Below, piece after piece: positions 59,601 to 64,000 of a DNA stretch of 64,000 nt (positions are counted from its first letter, which is position 1; every line of letters begins with the position of its first letter). Below the pieces are notes generated by a model. It was not told the DNA's origin. It searched no databases and worked only from the letters and a program-made list of their open reading frames with translations. A program made the position numbers and the translations under genes. Origin of the DNA: Octopus sinensis (Eukaryota); the NCBI RefSeq assembly GCF_006345805.1, contig NC_042998.1, positions 39,556,001 to 39,620,000 on the forward strand. The letters run 5' to 3'.

Positions 59601-62163
59601 TCTGGTTCTCCACATGCTGGTGTACTGCTTGTATCTCTTATTTGTAGATACTGAGTCAATTTTAAAAATTGTGTCCTCATCATTATACTTAAGACATATT
59701 CATCTCCAAAGGGTTCATCGCTACTCTAGTAATTTGTTATTCTGGGTAGCTTGCTAATGCCCATAATAACATTTATGGCAAAATATACCTTTATTTCATG
59801 TAAGCTTGTGGGAAACCACAAACTATTCTTTTTTTTGCTTTGTTTACTTTCAGCTTAACGGTTTGTTTCCGCTGTAATGATTTCAAATAAGCTCATAGGT
59901 AAAAGTAAAAGGAAATAGTCTAAAGCTTTGCTCTCCTGGGAAAGACTGTGACTTGGTCCAGTTTCTTCAGGAAAATCACTGAAAGAAACAGTTTTAAAAT
60001 TTTTTACTCCATTCAGGTGCCAAGTCATTTTCTTTATTGCTGTCATCGGAGCTCTTGGATTCACTGCTTTCACTTTCGGAAAATGAAACATCAGATTCAT
60101 AATCAAATACCATGTGTTTTTTTATTATTATTTTTATTTGTTTATTTTTTTTTTTTATAGCTATAGAGTTAGATTTATCAAGGTCTTCAGTGGAAAATCC
60201 TTCGAATTCTGACTTGCTGCTTGACAGAATGAAATTCATATCCATTCTTTGTTAGAATTACAAATTTTCAAAACACAGCAGGGACAAATTTGGAAAAAAA
60301 ATCTCCCAAAATTCACAGAATTAAAATTACTCGTCAATCGTTGTACAAAACTGTAACTGAACTGTTTGCGCAGTATAATCACGTGTTTTCACGAATGTAC
60401 TGAGATTTGCCCTGATATTCTCGTTTAAATATGAATATGTGATTACGGGCAGTTTTGGGTGGCTTTGGTAATGAAAAGGTTAATCTACTGTAATTCCACT
60501 GCTCCTCTTATGTGTCCATAGCTTACACTGGGTGCATTGAATGGAATTACTTCTAACTCTTTTCCTACATATTGATGGAAAGAGTCTTATCTGCTTTCTG
60601 TCTTTTCGTTTATTTAGGATTTGGCCAATCTTTTTATCCCTTGCCACGAATAATTCTGCAAAAATTAAACACTGAAATTCTTTTCCATTTCATTTAGGTG
60701 AATCAAAAGAAAAGTGGACAAAAGAGAAGCTCCTTCAACTTCGGGAACAACCAATCAATGTTGAAGTGGTTGGTGAAACTCTGAATTCTTACAGTATTGT
60801 CTTGGAGGAGGACTTTGAGGACGAGGACGAAAGGGCAACAAATTCTACATCACCATCAAATGAAAGTGTTTCTGGTAAGTTTCTGATTTCATTTTCCTTA
60901 GAAAAAGAAGAAATTCAAAGATTTGGTGATTTGAGACACAGTAAAAAGTCCAAATGTTTTCTGATGTCAAAATGGTTGGAAGAGGAGATCTTGTAGGCAT
61001 TGTGTTGTTCAGATTCTCTATCAACGTACATAACTTACTCCAGTTCACTGATCAAAAGGCTTCGGTCTCCCTTTCATTAGTGATATAAAGGACAACTGGT
61101 TACTGAAAACATTTCATCTCCTAGATGTCATTGCGAATGACCAGATTGAGAACACAATTAACAAAGCCACCACCATTGCTCACAAGAAAGTATCTTGGAA
61201 AAATATCCATTTCCAGAACTCCTGGTCAAGGCTGGAGAGTACATCAGCCGAAACATGATAACAGCAAACAAGATAACACCTGTCTGTCCATTGTAAATAA
61301 TGTATACAGGCATTGGATATTGAAACATTTGGAGCTGTGAGACCATATGTAATAGCAGCCAAAAGAAGTAATCTTTTGTTGGTAAAGATACTCTCACTGA
61401 TGGGTTCAAGAGAGACAATGTTTAAAGCATTTGTCTTTCCCCTTCACTTACAATCTGGGTCTCCCACTAAATAGTCCTTAATTGCAGTTATAGATGTACA
61501 GGTGTTCAATATGAACATTAAGGGCCATTTCTGTCTGGGAAACAGAGAGGAACCCTAGAGTTTGTGACTCTGTTCTCTATCTTGCTGGGTGGAAAGCTTT
61601 AGGGAGACTTGTACTGTTGCACCCATGAAGGGTGTTGATGAGATACTCTGATTTATCTTACATACAAAATTAGTTTGAATCATCACCCTCCCCTTTCTAA
61701 GGGGGTTACAGCTATGTCTGATAGTTTTACTAACCCTAACACTAAGACAGAGTGTGACAGAAAAACCTGCTGTATCTCACACTGCCATTAATGTGGCACT
61801 TGTAACACTTGGCGGGTGTCTATGTGTTTCCTGTTGAACTGGTAAATCACTGTGTAGATGTAGTTCATTCTCATCATTTAACATCCGTTTTTCATGCTGG
61901 CATGGGTTGGATGGCTTGACAATGAGCTGGAAAGCTGTTCAGGCTCCATTGTTTTGACATGGTTTCTAAGGCTGGATGTTCTTCCCAATGCCAACCACTT
62001 TACACAGTGTACTGGGTGTTTTTAATGTAACACCAGCATAGGTGCTCTATACATAAAAGACAGGACAACAAATTAAAATAAACATTTTTTTTTTTTTGCA
62101 GCCAAAGAACTAATTCTCCAACAGATTGAAGAATTAAAGAAGAAGCTAGAATCAATGGATTAA
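16536..62163 (+). CDS. Spliced gene (22 coding exons, about 1356 aa): RRM + partial MYND finger + 4 extended Tudor domains; Vreteno/TDRD1-like piRNA-pathway scaffold
   Basis: All 21 introns are GT-AG and exon phases chain without a frameshift (4071 nt including stop). ATG at 16536 has an in-frame TGA upstream (16530-16532). RNP2/RNP1 (IFVRNM, PYGFVTY), CSNC..YCS..CQ..DW...H...C and Tudor WYR/DFGN motifs are split over exons. Family assignment is from domain architecture, not from a search. Confidence 0.9.
17400..17820 (+). mobile_element. 5'-truncated RTE 3' UTR copy with GAT tail; related copies at about 11784-12010(-), 18850-18990(-), 25620-25815(+), 27120-27430(-), 29210-29430(+), 40270-40420(-), 41790-41900(-), 42500-42686(+), 43300-43430(-), 47340-47500(-), 51095-51215(+), 61870-62040(-)
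   Basis: Shared core GGAGTGGTTGGC.TTAGGAAGGGCATCCAGCTGTAGAAAC...CCAACCCATGC.AGCATGGAA...GTTAAA(TGA)n. Confidence 0.8.
19593..19700 (+). CDS. Coding exon 2 (ASFDVNDWNPLKEAYNNTEFNSYDCGPGKYLTMGE)
   Basis: TTTTCTAG acceptor, AAG|GTAAAT donor, 108 nt, phase 2-2, open. Confidence 0.8.
20125..20460 (-). mobile_element. RTE ORF2 fragment covering the PHD-like insert
   Basis: Minus strand WPCLIC...RNSIRCTRCKLWTHKRC...CGRCTG, homologous to 3458-3600. Confidence 0.8.
21010..21320 (-). mobile_element. tRNA-derived SINE (family 2); second copy at about 39480-39760
   Basis: Minus-strand B-box-like GTGAGTTCGATTCC, shared CTTGCTCAAGGACAC core and TTA tail. Confidence 0.65.
22072..22126 (+). CDS. Coding exon 3, RRM RNP2 (KPEFVDIFVRNMPRKFTE)
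   Basis: TTTGTAG acceptor, GAG|GTGAGT donor, phase 2-0. Confidence 0.9.
23180..23530 (+). mobile_element. tRNA-derived SINE (family 3); copies at about 20690-20980(+), 32990-33120(+), 38520-38885(-)
   Basis: GGGTTCAGTCC B-box-like motif and shared CAAGTGTCTTCTACTAT...GTGAGTGGATTTGGTAGATGGAAACTGAAAGAAGCCC core. Confidence 0.7.
24209..24294 (+). CDS. Coding exon 4, RRM (DGLRALFSKAGYVHRVKICPGKNGKPPYG)
   Basis: TTTTACAG acceptor, GG|GTAGGT donor, phase 0-2. Confidence 0.92.
26374..26584 (+). mobile_element. tRNA-derived SINE (family 1) flanked by a ~41-bp direct repeat; copies at about 37650-37830(+), 55915-56110(-)
   Basis: A-box TGGCAGAAATG, B-box GTTCAAATTCC; flanks 26333-26373 and 26585-26625. 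Confidence 0.75.
26848..26983 (+). CDS. Coding exon 5, RRM RNP1 and C-terminal half (FVTYAQLNEAEVAISKFNNLKIAGDEPLNVKLS...)
   Basis: TTTTCAG acceptor, TTG|GTTAGT donor, phase 2-0. Confidence 0.92.
29770..29835 (+). CDS. Coding exon 6 (QESAFFKNVHSRIDSSNESDSE)
   Basis: TTTTCAG acceptor, GAG|GTAAGA donor, phase 0-0. Confidence 0.82.
29890..32554. mobile_element. piggyBac-related non-autonomous element carrying a nested RTE-3'UTR concatemer
   Basis: 29895-30000 matches the left end and 32390-32554 the right end of the piggyBac at 57962-60479; ends GGTATCAAAAGGG|TTAT; left TIR not found. Confidence 0.6.
30196..32152 (+). repeat. Head-to-tail concatemer of four RTE 3'-end units containing a 61-63-bp VNTR
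   Basis: AAGACTAGTCAG unit starts at 30196, 30764, 31141, 31420; CTGTGTCGGTGGCAC modules at 31711, 31773, 31835, 31898, 31961; ends in a (GAT)n tail. Confidence 0.88.
34594..34619 (+). CDS. Coding exon 7, 26-nt micro-exon (DNYSDSET-R)
   Basis: Long pyrimidine tract + CAG, AAG|GTAAGG donor, phase 0-2 bridges exons 6 and 8. Confidence 0.78.
35397..35461 (+). CDS. Coding exon 8 (PRYSRSEKSNDKYAQHSISSA)
   Basis: TTCCAG acceptor, T|GTATGT donor, phase 2-1. Confidence 0.75.
36200..37620 (-). mobile_element. L2-group (Crack/Daphne-like) LINE RT remnant
   Basis: Minus strand NFAKSSFPPL.NNDG, TKLFNLSLST, PGNY...TS..SQVIETVIN, ISDHHY.F, VIDISKAF; heavily decayed. Confidence 0.75.
38218..38448 (+). 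CDS. Coding exon 9, Ser/Lys-rich low-complexity linker
   Basis: T-tract + CCAG acceptor, CAG|GTAATT donor, 231 nt open, phase 1-1. Confidence 0.85.
41447..41546 (+). CDS. Coding exon 10, MYND-type zinc finger C-terminal part (ATKRCSNCKVPYCSIRCQTKDWTNGHEKRC)
   Basis: TTTCAG acceptor, TAG|GTATGA donor; matches the MYND pattern C-x2-C-x3-YC-x3-CQ-x2-DW-x3-H-x3-C. Confidence 0.92.
42048..42135 (+). CDS. Coding exon 11 (NMSLQELADRFDVDLNLNTSGNKSKFKDN)
   Basis: TTCTTAG acceptor, AAT|GTGAGT donor, phase 2-0. Confidence 0.82.
43562..43915 (+). CDS. Coding exon 12, Ser/Lys/Pro-rich linker into extended Tudor 1
   Basis: TTTCAG acceptor, CAG|GTTGGT donor, 354 nt open; it is the inner part of ORF 43334..43954. 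Confidence 0.87.
44234..44332 (+). CDS. Coding exon 13, N-terminal SN-like part of extended Tudor 1 (VLVTYINELNIFVQL...)
   Basis: TTTAAAG acceptor, GAG|GTGAGT donor, phase 0-0. Confidence 0.9.
44460..44687 (+). CDS. Coding exon 14, Tudor 1 core (ACVFSEDGVWYRA...KYVDFGNCE)
   Basis: Canonical Tudor motifs; TTTCAG / CAG|GTAAAT. Confidence 0.96.
44965..45216. mobile_element. piggyBac-type MITE
   Basis: Ends GGTAACAAAAGGGTTA, resembling the piggyBac TIR+TTAA ends in this window; left end degenerate. Confidence 0.45.
45316..45472 (+). CDS. Coding exon 15, C-terminal part of extended Tudor 1 (AVCCVLSLP...)
   Basis: TTTGTAG / TG|GTAAGT, phase 0-1; continues P.QA..C.L after Tudor 1. Confidence 0.9.
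45619..45727 (+). CDS. Coding exon 16 (DGNKINKKIVSSLDL...)
   Basis: TTTCATCAG / AA|GTAAGT, phase 1-2. Confidence 0.87.
47029..47229 (+). CDS. Coding exon 17, N-terminal part of extended Tudor 2 (VIDVKSPEDFLVQ)
   Basis: Long T-tract + CAG / AT|GTAAGT, phase 2-2; V..V.SP..F.VQ motif typical of extended Tudors. Confidence 0.92.
48036..48690 (-). mobile_element. RTE 3' end: ORF2 C-terminus + 3' UTR with 62/61-bp alternating VNTR + GAT tail
   Basis: Minus strand DLWKYAVREKTRQDQ* followed by (AAAATC)n, five modules starting (plus-strand coordinates) at 48211, 48273, 48334, 48396, 48457, then the common tail. Confidence 0.88.
48740..49240 (+). mobile_element. RTE ORF2 C-terminal remnant
   Basis: Homologous to 4285-4650 (GGAGG..GATGCTCCAAGAG; GGCCATGTGATGCATATGGAC). 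Confidence 0.75.
49578..50805 (-). mobile_element. Full-length degenerate mariner (cecropia/Hsmar1-like) transposon
   Basis: 22-bp TIR TTGGGTTGGCAACTAAGTTCCC with 1 mismatch at the other end, TA on the left; transposase pieces 50278-50667 and 49773-50259 (HTH, SGRP, WVLHAL, ITGNEKW, DNAHPH, YSPDL); frameshifted, catalytic D1 and D3 read as N. Confidence 0.93.
51329..52761 (+). CDS. Coding exon 18 (1433 nt): Tudor 2 core, complete extended Tudor 3, Ser/Arg/Pro linker, start of extended Tudor 4
   Basis: Inside ORF 51249..52769; T-tract TTGCAG acceptor; donor G|GTCAGT chosen over GAA|GTGGGT because it matches the phase of the next exon; AAKFSQDNQWYRG...FFVDYGN. Confidence 0.93.
53377..53915. 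mobile_element. Fold-back element/MITE with ~225-bp inverted arms
   Basis: 53377-53600 is the inverted complement of about 53690-53915 (e.g. CTTGTTTATATTGCTAG, TTGTCAATGATGGA, CTAGAGATAGCAG blocks). Confidence 0.88.
55128..55800 (-). mobile_element. Internally deleted RTE copy (endonuclease N-terminus fused to ORF2 C-terminus + 3' UTR)
   Basis: Minus strand KVGTVNVGTLKGRSGEIAEM joined directly to HMDDKDSCVKKCQ...RGRPRKT, then the common 3' UTR and tail. Confidence 0.75.
56240..56353 (+). CDS. Coding exon 19, extended Tudor 4 (MEALTDMTEQLNKMC...PEIGEVVCCKYS)
   Basis: TTCTCTTCAG / CAG|GTAAGT, phase 1-1. Confidence 0.92.
57084..57248 (+). CDS. Coding exon 20, Tudor 4 core (DGKWYRAKV...FYVDFGC...LAARCSLA)
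   Basis: TTTTTACAG / GG|GTAAAT, phase 1-1. Confidence 0.95.
57380..57840 (-). mobile_element. RTE ORF2 C-terminal remnant
   Basis: ORF 57334..57633 LLRKKLGIKGI...WFGQ...RGRPKET. Confidence 0.75.
57962..60479 (-). mobile_element. Full-length degenerate piggyBac transposon
   Basis: TTAA at both ends (57958-57961, 60480-60483); TIRs CCCTTTCATTTCCA / CCTTTTCATTACCA; minus-strand LSIDEGMVGYKGR, QYMPGKATKWGIKVW, FFDRFSS, NRYMGGVDRLNQ, C-terminal YTCLLCG; several stops. Confidence 0.92.
60698..60874 (+). CDS. Coding exon 21, end of extended Tudor 4 plus acidic tract (EEDFEDEDE)
   Basis: CATTTAG / TG|GTAAGT, phase 1-1. Confidence 0.88.
62102..62163 (+). CDS. Terminal coding exon (AKELILQQIEELKKKLESMD*)
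   Basis: T13-GCAG acceptor, phase 1, TAA at 62161-62163; amphipathic helix. Confidence 0.85.
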
Positions 62164-64000
62164 CAAACATTTTCCTCAACAACTCAAGAAATAGTTTGGG
62201 TTTTTTTTTTCTTCTTTCTATTCTCTTCCTTTCACCTGACTGAACTGATTCTAAGAAAATCATTCAGTGTTTCTTTATCATCCTGCTGCTATATTTGTCA
62301 ATTTGTAGCTCAGTACAGGCTCAGGTAGTTTATTTTCTACAAGCACATCTAAAGTAACTATCAAATTTAAACTTGGTGCAATTATGTGATTTAGGATTCA
62401 TTTAATATCGGAATCTTGTTGAAGCCCAACTCACGGGGCCTTCGTAACATTGAAATTTCTGTTCACACTATGATAATTCAGTGCAGTTGTAGTGAATGGT
62501 GGCTGATTATTTAGTGCATCCACAGTTCAAATCTGGTATGAATTTTGTTGACCATAGGTAATATATATCTTTAATATGGTCAAGATTTAGTGCAATCATA
62601 CTAAACCTTACAATTATAAACATGCATGTGCATAAAATGCTCTTTATTGAATACACCATTTTAAAAAATTTACTAAATATACCAAATAATTCTTCAGTTA
62701 AGATAACTTGGTTTTTGCCATGATTTTTCTAAGTGGCTTTATCAAACTCTTACTGTTTTCCCTTTTTTTTATCAAAAAAAAAAAAAAGGGAAAGCAAATG
62801 GAAAGCTGACTCAGTTTCTCTGGCATCACCAGCTCCACCAGCATTTTGCTGTTTTAACGTTTGTAGTTCAAATGTAAAATCATTAATGTTAACGGCGACA
62901 ATATTGTATGGTTGACAAACATTTCATCAATTCAAATGTTGTCTGGCGTGAATGTTAAACAGAGGAATGGCACAACCAGGTCAACTTGTCTGCCTGGGTG
63001 CATTGCATTATGGGAATGATGCTAGAGTTTGAATAACCTAATGTGTCATAGGAAATAGACTCAAACAGTTATATATTTTCCTTTTGACAACTGCATTTGG
63101 GTATGTAAGGCTACTTGATATCACAATACAGGCATAAATCAGCAATCTAGTGAAGTGAGGAAAATTAAACAAAATTTTAATACGAAGACCTGATAAGATA
63201 ATTAAATGGTCACATCCAGTTTCTCTCAGATTACCAATGTCCTGGATATTTTCCACAGCTTTTAGCTGTTTATTCACTTTGTTAGGAGTTTGTATAACTG
63301 TTATATTAAAGATTGCATATTTAATGAGTGGCTGTGCTGTCACCAACTCACTGTAGTTTTTGGATAAACATATTGCATATTCCTTTAAAACATTTGTAGA
63401 GATAAAAATGCCAAAAAACAGGTGAGAAGGGAAATGCAAAAGTAGTGTCTGGCTGGAATGGTTTTCAAAATGCATTCATCAACTTTGTTTTTACTGTCCA
63501 CCTGTTAAATGTATGACACGTACAGTAACTGGTTACAGTTAAGTCTATAAGTGATAGTTGATGGGCAAAACTAAAGATTGTTGAAATAGTCAACATTATG
63601 TTTGATGCTGCTCATTTATTGGGCAACAGTAAACACTAAAGATTTCTTTTTGAAGTCAGGTTAAGGTTTGATATAACCCAGACACAGTTTTAAAAGTTCA
63701 GTTAGAATATTAAGGTCAGATTGAGGAGTGATTTAAAAGGTTTTGTGGTAAAAATTTACTCTGTTCTCATGAGACAGTCAAGTAGAAGCTGGTTTCATTT
63801 TAAATGTAGTTTTATTTTCTTCAGCAAAACTTTTCTGGTGTAATGAGAGAACTTCACTGAATTATTCTGCTGCCTAAAAAAGCTTTTGATGCTCTGGGGC
63901 ATTAGCAGATTTGTGGCTAAAACCGTTCAATTTACACAGCATAATGTATTTTAGTAACAATTCTTTTGCAACTAAAGGATTATGTCCTGGGCATGAGTTT

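Overview
AT-rich, repeat-dense eukaryotic genomic DNA. The repeat complement (GAT-tailed RTE-type LINE 3' ends, tRNA-derived SINEs, mariners, microsatellites) resembles an octopod cephalopod genome; this is inferred, not searched. The main feature is one apparently complete + strand gene that the ORF track largely misses. I assembled it by hand from 22 GT-AG coding exons (16536-62163) whose phases all join into one open frame of 4071 nt (about 1356 aa), with a probable non-coding first exon ending at 13667. The predicted protein is RRM - MYND-type zinc finger (only the C-terminal ligands are visible) - four extended Tudor domains - acidic tract and C-terminal coiled-coil-like helix. This combines the Vreteno layout (RRM+MYND+2 Tudor) with the TDRD1 layout (MYND+4 Tudor), so it is a likely germline piRNA-pathway scaffold. 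Introns and the upstream region hold two full-length dead mariners, a full-length dead piggyBac, RTE, CR1 and L2-group LINE remnants, a Merlin-like MITE, a 540-bp fold-back element and many SINEs. The RTE family carries a PHD-like finger inside ORF2 and a modular VNTR in its 3' UTR. Coordinates were counted by eye; no alignments or database searches were run.
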